Source: Yoonia sp. (GTDB lineage Bacteria; Pseudomonadota; Alphaproteobacteria; Rhodobacterales; Rhodobacteraceae). Taken from it: a DNA stretch of 64,000 nucleotides. The position numbers and the translations under genes were made by a program. This document shows, in pieces, positions 1-8,125 of this stretch; positions within the stretch are counted from its first letter, which is position 1, and the number at the start of each line of letters is the position of its first letter. The DNA lies in contig NZ_JAFMHJ010000010.1 of NCBI RefSeq assembly GCF_017854565.1, forward strand, positions 9,307 through 73,306, given 5' to 3'. A model generated the notes under the pieces. That model was not told where the DNA came from and ran no database searches. It was given only the letters and a program-made list of their open reading frames with translations.

Positions 1-345
1 GGTGACCCAATAACGGTTCGCCTCCCAATGCTGGTTCGGACCTTTGGGGTTGTGGCGGGTCAGATGGGCCGTGGTTTCGTTGACCTTCAGTTCCTCGAGT
101 ACTTCACCGCGTTTGTAGCTGATGGTCAGGGCCGTCCATAACCCCCAGAGCATAAGCACGAAAAACGGCAGCAATCCCCACAATACAGCCGTCCCCAGCA
201 CGGTGACCAGAGGCAGCGCGACAATAGCAGCGGTCGCCCCGATGAATAACACGAAATCACGGCGCAGCAGTGACCGATAGGGCCAAAGGCTCAGTTCCCA
301 ATCGGGCGTGTGGTGTGGTGGTGGTGGCGACCATTCATAGGGCAT
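1..345 (-). CDS. DUF2244-like two-TM integral membrane protein, 3' end beyond the window edge
   Basis: Missing from the ORF track because it runs off the edge. Reverse-strand ATG at 345..343 opens MPYEWSPPPPHHTPDWELSLWPYRSLLRRDFVLFIGATAAIVALPLVTVLG...LPFFVLMLWGLWTALTISYKRGEVLEEL, in frame to nt 1. Two hydrophobic helices. Family name is from memory. Confidence 0.5.
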   Translation of the reverse strand, partial: MPYEWSPPPPHHTPDWELSLWPYRSLLRRDFVLFIGATAAIVALPLVTVLGTAVLWGLLPFFVLMLWGLWTALTISYKRGEVLEELKVNETTAHLTRHNPKGPNQHWEANRYWVT

Positions 346-461
346 GGGAAATCATTAGCCGGGCTGCGCTGTGCCGCCAATGTGCAAATTGGTCGCGCTA
401 TGCGGTGCCGGTGCGATACGACGGTTTGAAAATGCAGGGTGCGAAAATGGGCGACGGCAGA

Positions 462-1313
462 TCACATGCGAAATGTTGCGTCTGTCCATGTGCCGTTGGC
501 ACGCCACGCGATCAGGCGGTTGCGGACCCCGGCGACTGGGCGATCAAATGGGCGCATCACTTCGCGTCGCAGCTTGCGCCATCCCCTGCGCCGTGGCGGT
601 GCCGCCTGTGTCTGGCTGGCCAAACGCGCCTCATCTATGATGGACTGTCCGGCATCGGCTGGCAGGAACTGCATCGCTTCCGCTTGTTTTTGCTGGATAC
701 AAACGCCGGGCACGACGTGATGCCGGATCACGTCAGCCAGCGGCCAATGTGCCGGGTTGAACATAAAGTCGTCAACAGGCGTGTCGCATGTTTGTGATGC
801 GTCCAGCAGGCGGACTGCGTTCTCGCGCGATAGCAGGTACCCTGCGGTGCCATCACTGGTGGAATGGACCGGCGCAAGCACGCGGTTATCGCACAAGCTG
901 CGCTGTTGCCTGCCGATCAGTATCCTTTGCGGCAGGAAGCTTTCCAGTTTGACGAATGTCGTATGGTCCGCACTGCGATAGATATCGCGCAAGACATGGC
1001 TGATGTCTTGGGATAGCATAATGTCATCTTCAAACACGCAGCCCCACCGCTGATCCCCCGCCGCAATATCCGTCCAGGCGGCCCGGTGGCTGAGAAAACA
1101 ACCGATCTCTGGTTTGGATAGCTGGCGCTTGCCGGATGCGGGTGGACGATGGGCCGCACATGCCGCGTCAGTCAGCGTGGCACCGTCGCACGCGGCAATC
1201 CGGATCGCCGTCAGTCCACGGTCCTTGATGACCGTTTCCATATGGGCGCGCCGATCCACCGACCGATCAAGGTTGATATAGTAACACATCAGATCTTCGG
1301 TGTCGTTTTGCAT
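462..1313 (-). CDS. glycosyltransferase family 25 (LPS/LOS biosynthesis type)
   Basis: 283-aa ORF. CYYINLDRSVDRR near the N-terminus, then SKPEIGCFLSHRAAW and VFEDDI, are typical GT25 motifs. Confidence 0.75.
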   Translation of the reverse strand: MQNDTEDLMCYYINLDRSVDRRAHMETVIKDRGLTAIRIAACDGATLTDAACAAHRPPASGKRQLSKPEIGCFLSHRAAWTDIAAGDQRWGCVFEDDIMLSQDISHVLRDIYRSADHTTFVKLESFLPQRILIGRQQRSLCDNRVLAPVHSTSDGTAGYLLSRENAVRLLDASQTCDTPVDDFMFNPAHWPLADVIRHHVVPGVCIQQKQAEAMQFLPADAGQSIIDEARLASQTQAAPPRRRGWRKLRREVMRPFDRPVAGVRNRLIAWRANGTWTDATFRM

Positions 1314-1723
1314 GATGTCACCTTATAAAATGCTGCGATAGTAGCAAGATGGGCCGTTGCGGGCAACCGGTGACGATTCAGGGAAAATCGGCGGATGCGT
1401 CCGGCCTCGATCGGCATCTCCGTCTTTCTCCAGAATCGCGCGCCAGGCGACCCCGAGGCAACCTGCGCGCGAAACCGGGCACCAATACGGCGTGCCACAT
1501 TTGTACCGCAGTCTGTCAGCGGTTCATTCGCAGCATTTTGCCACTTTATTAGTGTATGCACGAAGGTTTGGGCGATTGACGCCCTGCGCATATCTGCTTT
1601 TTGTGCCGATAATCGCAACAGTAATCAAAGTTCTGTCTTAATTCAGACGACAATTGGGCACTTTATGCGGCCAAGGTGGCGACGGTTACCCATGCCTATT
1701 ATACTCAAACTAGGAGAATACTC

Positions 1724-3310
1724 GTGAGACGCACGAAACAGAATTTCTTGAACAGCGCGGCTATATGCCTTGCGTCGGCTGTTGTCGGCCTGACAGCGGC
1801 GCCTGCCTTCGCTGATACTATTAAACTGATGGGCGTCCAGGGCGACATCAATTTGGAAGGCGAATTTATCAAGTTTGAAAATGATATATTCACAATTCGC
1901 ACGAGCCTTGGCGATCTGAATATCGCCGCAGATGCAGTCACTTGCGAAGGTGCGGCCTGTCCGCAGAATGCCGCACAGGCTGGCGAAATCACGATCGTTG
2001 GGTCTGAAACGCTGGGCACGGGCCTGATGCCTTTCCTCATCGAAGGTTTCGCAACCGAGGACGGCGCCACGATCGAATCGCAGCGCAATGTTAACGGCTA
2101 CCTGACGACTGAAGTTATTGGCGATGGTGGGTTCGGTGAACCTGTCGGGACGTTCCGCGTGCTGTCCAACAGCTCTTCTGATGCATTTACGGCCCTGCAA
2201 AGCCCGGACGTGAAAATCGGCATGTCGTCACGTCGTATTCTGCCCGCCGAAGCGCGCCAGTTGCGCAACTTTGGCGCCGGTAACCTGATTGAACTCAATC
2301 AGGAACATGTTGTCGCCGTTGACAGCCTTTCGGTTATCGTACACCCCGATAACCCGCTCGGCACGATTTCGCTGGAAAACCTCGATCTGATTTTCAGCGG
2401 TCGCATCACGAACTGGGCAGAGATTGGCGGCCCCAACGCGCCGATCGTGCTTTATAGCCGCGAGGATGGTTCCGGTTCGCAGGCCGTGTTCGAAGAACGC
2501 GTGTTCGCACAATCCGGTCGGGTCCAGACCGACGCAGTCGAGGTCGTGCCATCACATGAGGCGATGGCAAGCGCAGTCCGCGCAAACCCGTTTGCCATCG
2601 GCTATGTCGGTTCGGCATTCGAGCGTGGCACCAAGGCGTTGGACCTTGTCGGTTCTTGCGGCCTGTCGTTTTCACCTAACGCATTTTCGGCCAAGACCGA
2701 GGAATACCCGCTTCAGCGGCGTCTGTACCTCTATAACCGCGCTGACAATGTCGACGCCACAACGCAAGAGTTCATCGACTACGTCACGTCCGACGCAGCC
2801 GACAGTGTCATCGCCAAGTCCGGCCTGATCAACCTGTCGATTTCCCGCGTTCAGCAGGACCGTGAAAATGGCCGGATACGTTCGGTTCTGCAAAATGCCG
2901 TGGACCCGTTTGAATTCCAACTGGCCCGCGACATGTTGCTGGACATGTTCGAATGGAACCGCCTGTCGACTACGTTCCGTTTTGCGTCAGGTTCTGCGCG
3001 TCTTGACGGTAAAGGTCTTGAAGACCTTGGACGTCTGATCGACTTCCTCAAAGTTCAGCCTGCCGGCACTGAGGTGTCTGTCGTTGGTTTCACCGATGGC
3101 GACGGCGCATTTGGGTCGAACCAAGGTCTGTCTGTCGTGCGTGCGCAGCAGGTTGCGGACGAGTTGCTGAATGCGGGCGGTGCTGATCTGCAGAACGTCA
3201 GCGTCGGCGTGAAAGGTTATGGCGAGCTGTCACCAGCGGCCTGTAACGATTCCCTCGAAGGCAAGCGTATCAACCGTAGGGTCGAAGTCTGGGTGCGTCA
3301 GGGAGCATAA
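1724..3310 (+). CDS. PstS-like phosphate-binding domain fused to a C-terminal OmpA-like peptidoglycan-binding domain
   Basis: ORF 1676..3310. Likely start is GTG 1724, 7 nt after AGGAGA. Signal peptide ends ...AAPAFA. The middle is type-2 periplasmic-binding-protein-like (SSDAFTAL..IGMSSRR, YSREDGSGS). The C-terminus is OmpA_C-like (FRFASGSARLD...VVGFTDGDG...NRRVEVWV). Confidence 0.75.
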   Translation: MRRTKQNFLNSAAICLASAVVGLTAAPAFADTIKLMGVQGDINLEGEFIKFENDIFTIRTSLGDLNIAADAVTCEGAACPQNAAQAGEITIVGSETLGTGLMPFLIEGFATEDGATIESQRNVNGYLTTEVIGDGGFGEPVGTFRVLSNSSSDAFTALQSPDVKIGMSSRRILPAEARQLRNFGAGNLIELNQEHVVAVDSLSVIVHPDNPLGTISLENLDLIFSGRITNWAEIGGPNAPIVLYSREDGSGSQAVFEERVFAQSGRVQTDAVEVVPSHEAMASAVRANPFAIGYVGSAFERGTKALDLVGSCGLSFSPNAFSAKTEEYPLQRRLYLYNRADNVDATTQEFIDYVTSDAADSVIAKSGLINLSISRVQQDRENGRIRSVLQNAVDPFEFQLARDMLLDMFEWNRLSTTFRFASGSARLDGKGLEDLGRLIDFLKVQPAGTEVSVVGFTDGDGAFGSNQGLSVVRAQQVADELLNAGGADLQNVSVGVKGYGELSPAACNDSLEGKRINRRVEVWVRQGA

Positions 3311-3321
3311 GGTCAAATGAT

Positions 3322-3345
3322 ACCGTCGCGCGCCCGCGCGGCGGT
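3322..3345 (+). terminator. GC-rich hairpin downstream of the PstS-OmpA gene
   Basis: accgtcgcgcgcccgcgcggcggt is nearly self-complementary and is followed by gcctttcgtt. The T-tract is weak. Confidence 0.35.
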
Positions 3346-3423
3346 GCCTTTCGTTCACAGATGTTAACTGATCTTGCTGTGGCGTATCGCTACGTCCGCA
3401 CGCATGATCTTTGGAGAATGACG

Positions 3424-4566
3424 ATGAAAATCAGAACAACACTACTTAGTGTGTTGACGGCCTTGGCTATTCCATCCGCGTTGTTGGCAGAAGACGGCGT
3501 TACTGCCGACACGATCCAATTTGGCCAGATCGCGGCATTGGACGGACCAGCAGCGCAGCTGGGTCTTGGCATGCAACTGGGGCTCTTGGCGGCCTTTGAG
3601 GAAGTAAACCGTAACGGCGGCGTCAATGGTCACAAGCTGGCTCTCGACAGTTGGGACGACGGCTATGAGCCTGACCGCTCGACCGCCCATATCAACGCGA
3701 TGATCGAAGGCGGTGAACACTTTGCCCTGATCGGCAGCGTGGGTACACCGACTGCCTCTGTGTTGCAGCCCATCGCAACTGCGGCGCAATTTCCAATGGT
3801 GGGTGCCTTTACCGGCGCCGGTTTCCTGCGCAACCCCGCGCTGGGCAATGTCTACAACGTCCGCGGCAGCTATGACGCTGAAACGGAACAATGGATCGCC
3901 CATCTGGTCGACAATGAGGGGCTGACCCGCATTGCGATCCTGTACCAGGACGACAGCTTTGGCCGGGCCGGTCTAAGCGGCGTCAACAAGGCGATGGATG
4001 CCCGCGGCATGTCGCTCATTTCCGAAGGCACCTACACCCGGAACACAACGGATGTAAAAGACGCGCTGCTGACGATCCGCGATTCCAACCCCGAAGCTGT
4101 CGTCATGGTGGGCGCGTACAAACCCATCGGCGAGTTTATCAAACTGTCGCGTTCGTATGAATTCACGCCAGAGTTCGTCACGATCTCCTTTGTGGGATCA
4201 CAGGCGCTGGCGGATGAGCTTTGGCCAGAAGGCTCCGGTGTGGTGATCAGCCAGGTTGTGCCGTTCCCTTGGGACAACTCTGTGCCGATCGTTGCCGACT
4301 ATCATGCGGCTTTGCAGGCGCAGAACCCCAATGCATTGTTCGGTTTCGTGTCCCTCGAAGGGTACATGGTCGGCCGCGTTGCCATCGAGGCGTTGAAAAA
4401 TGCGGGCGAAAATCCAACCCACGAAAGCTTTTTGCAGGCGTTTGCGGAAATGAGTTCGTTTGATTTGGGTGGGATCGAAATCTCGCTCGGCGCAGAGGAC
4501 AACCAAGGCATCGACACGATCTTTATGACCCGGCTTTTGCCTGACGGGTTCTTTGAGCCGATGTAA
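3424..4566 (+). CDS. periplasmic substrate-binding protein, branched-chain amino acid/amide (LivJ-like, Peripla_BP_6) family, orphan
   Basis: ORF 3361..4566. ATG 3424 lies 7 nt after GGAG. Signal peptide MKIRTTLLSVLTALAIPSALLA. FGQIAALDGPAAQLG and DDGYEPDR are typical of the family. No permease or ATPase genes are adjacent. Confidence 0.75.
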   Translation: MKIRTTLLSVLTALAIPSALLAEDGVTADTIQFGQIAALDGPAAQLGLGMQLGLLAAFEEVNRNGGVNGHKLALDSWDDGYEPDRSTAHINAMIEGGEHFALIGSVGTPTASVLQPIATAAQFPMVGAFTGAGFLRNPALGNVYNVRGSYDAETEQWIAHLVDNEGLTRIAILYQDDSFGRAGLSGVNKAMDARGMSLISEGTYTRNTTDVKDALLTIRDSNPEAVVMVGAYKPIGEFIKLSRSYEFTPEFVTISFVGSQALADELWPEGSGVVISQVVPFPWDNSVPIVADYHAALQAQNPNALFGFVSLEGYMVGRVAIEALKNAGENPTHESFLQAFAEMSSFDLGGIEISLGAEDNQGIDTIFMTRLLPDGFFEPM

Positions 4567-4590
4567 CTGACGGTCCAACGTGGATTCATC

Positions 4591-4623
4591 AAAAAAGGGC
4601 AGCGCGCAAGTGCTGCCCTTTTT
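4591..4623. terminator. rho-independent terminator, A-tract/stem/T-tract so potentially bidirectional
   Basis: aaaaaa-GGGCAGC-gcgcaagt-GCTGCCC-ttttt: a perfect 7-bp GC stem, an 8-nt loop and a T5 run. Confidence 0.85.
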
Positions 4624-4709
4624 GCTGTGCCGATTGCGTCATGCCGCGATTGATCCTATTGATCGGTCGTGAAAACATACGCGCATGAACGATCAGGCAG
4701 GCAAGAACT

Positions 4710-5414
4710 ATGGGTGAAATCTGGGAGGGACTGATGGCTGGCTTGTGGCTGGTCGTGACCCTTGATCCCGATCTTGTCGAAATCACGCTGCGGTCGTTGC
4801 AGGTCACGCTGACCGCTGTGGTGATTGGGTCTGCGATTGCTTTGCCTTTTGGGGCCTGGCTGGCCATTCGCCGGTTTCGCCACCGGCGCGCGACGATTGC
4901 ACTGTTGAATGCGCTGATGGGGCTGCCGCCGGTCGTGGTGGGGCTGATTGTTTATCTTTTATTGTCGCGCTCGGGGCCGTTTGGCGTATTGGGGCTGCTG
5001 TTCACGCCCACGGCGATGATCATCGCGCAGGTAATTATCATCACACCGCTGATCGCGTCCATCGCGCACCAATCCATCCGCGATATCTGGTCCGAATATC
5101 ATGATCTGTTGATTTCGCTTTCAACCACCAAACGGCAGCGCATCGCGACCCTGATCTGGGACGGGCGGCGGGCACTGATGACTGCGTCGCTTGCCGGGTT
5201 CGGGCGTGCGATTGGCGAAGTGGGCGCGATTATGATCGTCGGCGGCAATATCGACCACGCGACCCGCGTCTTGACGACGGCCATCGCGCTTGAGACGGGC
5301 AAAGGTGACTTTGCGCTCGCGCTTGGTCTTGGTTTCGTGCTGATCGGGCTGGCGATTGCGGTGAACGTCGCAACCCATATGATCGGACGCACCGAAAGCG
5401 ACGGCAAATGGTAA
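4710..5414 (+). CDS. tupB: tungstate ABC transporter permease (TupB-type)
   Basis: 234-aa multi-TM ORF with an ABC permease EAA-like region (LAGFGRAIGEVGAIMIVGGN). Overall it resembles the TupB family. It sits in an overlapping operon with an ATPase and a TupA-like binding protein. Confidence 0.75.
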   Translation: MGEIWEGLMAGLWLVVTLDPDLVEITLRSLQVTLTAVVIGSAIALPFGAWLAIRRFRHRRATIALLNALMGLPPVVVGLIVYLLLSRSGPFGVLGLLFTPTAMIIAQVIIITPLIASIAHQSIRDIWSEYHDLLISLSTTKRQRIATLIWDGRRALMTASLAGFGRAIGEVGAIMIVGGNIDHATRVLTTAIALETGKGDFALALGLGFVLIGLAIAVNVATHMIGRTESDGKW

Positions 5415-6124
5415 CTTCGATCCTGCCCCTGAAAATGTCCGGTGCCGTGGTGAAACGGCGGGGGAAAACCCTGCTGGGTCCGGTTGACCTGACGGTGTCG
5501 CAAACCGGTTTTACGATTGTGATGGGCCCAAATGGCGCCGGTAAGACGACCCTTTTGCGCGCGCTGCATGGCTTGGAACGGCTTTCTGGTGGACAGGTGC
5601 AATGGCAAATTCCGCTGCGCGACACGCTACAGCGGCAAGCCTTTGTGTTTCAGACCCCGATCATGATGCGCCGCTCGGTGCGCGATAATCTGGCCTATCC
5701 GCTGATCCTGCATGGCACACCCAAGGCTGCTGCGTATGCGCTGGCCGCCGACTGGGCCGGGCGCATTGGTCTGGGCCGGGCGCTTGATCAGCAAGCCCCC
5801 CAACTGTCGGGCGGCGAAAAACAAAAGCTGGCGCTGGCACGCGCGCTGATGCGGTCACCCGATATTCTTTTTCTGGACGAACCCTGCGCCAATCTGGACG
5901 GCCGCGCCATCCGCGAGATCGAAGCGATCTTGAAATCCGCGCAGGCAGGTGGCACCCGTATCCTCATGGCGACCCATGACATCGGGCAGGCCAGACGTTT
6001 GGCGAGTGATGTCGTGTTTCTCATGCATGGAAAAATAATCGAAATGGCCGCCGCCGATGCATTTTTCGGCGCACCCAAAACCCCACAGGCCGCCGCTTTG
6101 TTAAATGGAGATATCGTAGAGTGA
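5408..6124 (+). CDS. tupC: ABC transporter ATP-binding protein (TupC-type)
   Basis: Walker A GPNGAGKTT, signature LSGGEKQK, Walker B ILFLDEP. Overlaps tupB by 7 nt. Confidence 0.8.
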   Translation: MVTSILPLKMSGAVVKRRGKTLLGPVDLTVSQTGFTIVMGPNGAGKTTLLRALHGLERLSGGQVQWQIPLRDTLQRQAFVFQTPIMMRRSVRDNLAYPLILHGTPKAAAYALAADWAGRIGLGRALDQQAPQLSGGEKQKLALARALMRSPDILFLDEPCANLDGRAIREIEAILKSAQAGGTRILMATHDIGQARRLASDVVFLMHGKIIEMAAADAFFGAPKTPQAAALLNGDIVE

Positions 6125-6918
6125 CCCGTATACTTGCTCTGGTTCTTGGGCTGACAGGCACTATCGCCTCTGCCGAAGACCTTAAACTTGCCGTGACCAC
6201 ATCGTTCCACAATTCAGGTCTGTCAGAAATTCTGCTGCCTGCCATTGCCGAAGACACCGGCATCACCGTCCAGTTGCTTGTCGTGGGCACCGGTCAGGCG
6301 ATCCGTCTGGGCGAGGCGGGGGATGTCGATGCGATCCTTGTCCACTCGCGTCCCGCAGAAGATGCATTTCTGGCCGACGGCTACGGCACGCATCGCCGCG
6401 AAATCATGTACAATGACTTTGTTTTCATCGGTCCGGTTGCTGACCCTGCGGCCATCGCCGATGCAGATACTGCCGCCGATGCGCTGGCGCGCATTGCCCA
6501 GACCGAAGCCGTTTTTGTCAGCCGTGGCGACGATAGCGGAACCCACAAGAAAGAACTGTCTTTGTGGGATGCCGCCGACGTGTCGCGCGGCGGTGACTGG
6601 TATCGGCCAGTGGGTGCCGGCATGGGCGCTGCGCTGAACACGGCTGCCGGTATGAACGCCTACATTCTGGCCGACCGCGCCAGCTGGCTGAACTTTGGCA
6701 ACAAGGCTGATCTGGGTCTGTTGTTTGCAGGCGATCCGGTGCTGTTTAACCAATACGCCTACATCCCGGTCAATCCCGAATTGCACGGCCACATCAAAGC
6801 CGATCTGGCGGTGAAACTGGAAGACTGGCTGACATCGCCCCGCGCGGCAGAGCTGATCAACAGCTACACGATCAACGGTGAAACGCTGTTCACCTTCAAC
6901 GCGCAGCCCGCATCCTAG
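6121..6918 (+). CDS. tupA: periplasmic tungstate-binding protein (TupA-type)
   Basis: GTG start overlaps the tupC stop (GTGA). Signal peptide ...GTIASA. VTTSFHNSGL...VVGTGQAIRLGEAGDVDAILVH...FVSRGDDSGTH matches my recollection of the TupA family. Confidence 0.75.
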   Translation: MTRILALVLGLTGTIASAEDLKLAVTTSFHNSGLSEILLPAIAEDTGITVQLLVVGTGQAIRLGEAGDVDAILVHSRPAEDAFLADGYGTHRREIMYNDFVFIGPVADPAAIADADTAADALARIAQTEAVFVSRGDDSGTHKKELSLWDAADVSRGGDWYRPVGAGMGAALNTAAGMNAYILADRASWLNFGNKADLGLLFAGDPVLFNQYAYIPVNPELHGHIKADLAVKLEDWLTSPRAAELINSYTINGETLFTFNAQPAS

Positions 6919-7457
6919 TGGTGGTGATGGCCATGATCATGCCCGTGTTCATGATCATGCGGTTCGTCTTCATCTAGCGAGCCGTGAATGGCAAACTGAT
7001 CGATCCCCGCTGATTGGGGCTCGATCGACCTGAACCCTTCCTTCACGCCGGCCTCGGTCAGTTCGCGTGATACCATCAGCAGGGTGTTCGGGTCCTGACC
7101 GTCACATAATGCGATCATCTGCGCGATTTCATCTGCCGCCACGCCCTGTGCGGCCGCGACCGATGGCGCGCCATAGTGGCTGACGAAATGGGCGGCCAGT
7201 GCGGCGGTCAGGGCGTCGATTTCGACCTGCTCGACCTTGGTGACAGCCACGACCGACACCCGTCCGAATGTCTCAAGGCCCAGCCAGCCGTTGCTGAATG
7301 CCTGCCGCGCCTTGCCAGCCAGATCGCCGTCCGACCAGTTCGAAAACTCGAACCCGCCGGATATGCACCATTCACCCGTCCGGGCGGGCGCATGAAAGAT
7401 GTTCATGTCGCTTTCGTCAAAATGGATCGCGCGGGCAAGGTATTGGGCTGTCATCAT
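6915..7457 (-). CDS. conserved hypothetical protein with a C-terminal His-rich tail (DUF6505-like)
   Basis: 180-aa ORF ending DEDEPHDHEHGHDHGHHHH. Its start overlaps the stop of the upstream gene (7454-7457). The family label is from memory. Confidence 0.65.
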   Translation of the reverse strand: MMTAQYLARAIHFDESDMNIFHAPARTGEWCISGGFEFSNWSDGDLAGKARQAFSNGWLGLETFGRVSVVAVTKVEQVEIDALTAALAAHFVSHYGAPSVAAAQGVAADEIAQMIALCDGQDPNTLLMVSRELTEAGVKEGFRSIEPQSAGIDQFAIHGSLDEDEPHDHEHGHDHGHHHH

Positions 7458-8125
7458 GTTTCCAACAAACTGGTCAGTGGGATAAGTGTGGTCGTTTCGC
7501 CGTCCCGGCGCAACATGCCAAAACGTTCGTCAAGGCCGACAAAGTCGCCTTCGCCAAGGCCGTGCATCAACCCCTGCAATTCCGAATGCAGCGGTTTGAC
7601 ACCGTCATCGTCCCAGCGGTTGACCCAGACCAGCATGTGACGCGCCCAGCTTTCCAACAGCAAGACGGGGTCCACATCCATGCAGCCTTCGGCGTAAAGC
7701 GCCGTTTCGTCGGGCGTGTCGCCGGGATCGTCGGACGCGGGCCAAAGCGGTAGTTCCAGACCGATGATCAGCCAATCGGGGATGTCGTCGGGGACCGTCC
7801 CCGATGCTTTGGCCTGCAACCGGCCGCAAGCGCCGCCGTTCAATCGGATGCCGCCGTTCCAATCCAGATGCACGGCGACTTCTGGCGGGGCGACGGACCC
7901 CAAGGCGTTCTGAAACCCGATGCCGCAGGCCGGCAGCATCGCCATTGCATCTGCCAACGGAACCTCGGGCGCAAAGACGATGGCGGCGCGCAGGTCATTC
8001 CCGCTGAGGTTATAAATCACCGTGCCCGCGTCGCAGCCTTCGGTGGCCATGGCAACAGCGACATCCATGGGATTGTCGACCGTTGCCATGCCCGAAAGAA
8101 GCGGCGGAAAGACCGGCGCTGTCAT
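7454..8125 (-). CDS. biotin/lipoate A/B protein ligase-fold family protein (BPL_LplA_LipB-like, catalytic role unknown)
   Basis: 223-aa ORF with its stop coupled to the next gene. PPLLSG...CDAGTVIYN...LRAAIVFAPE...GGIRLNGGACG resembles the short BPL/LplA-like family that neighbours this type of FDH cluster. Confidence 0.6.
   Translation of the reverse strand: MTAPVFPPLLSGMATVDNPMDVAVAMATEGCDAGTVIYNLSGNDLRAAIVFAPEVPLADAMAMLPACGIGFQNALGSVAPPEVAVHLDWNGGIRLNGGACGRLQAKASGTVPDDIPDWLIIGLELPLWPASDDPGDTPDETALYAEGCMDVDPVLLLESWARHMLVWVNRWDDDGVKPLHSELQGLMHGLGEGDFVGLDERFGMLRRDGETTTLIPLTSLLET

Noticed and set aside
1289-1618. A 109-aa minus-strand ORF in the GT25/PstS-OmpA intergenic region.
   Set aside because: It is Arg-rich with no RBS or recognisable motif, and it overlaps the GT25 5' end. 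The region is better explained as a 410-bp divergent promoter.
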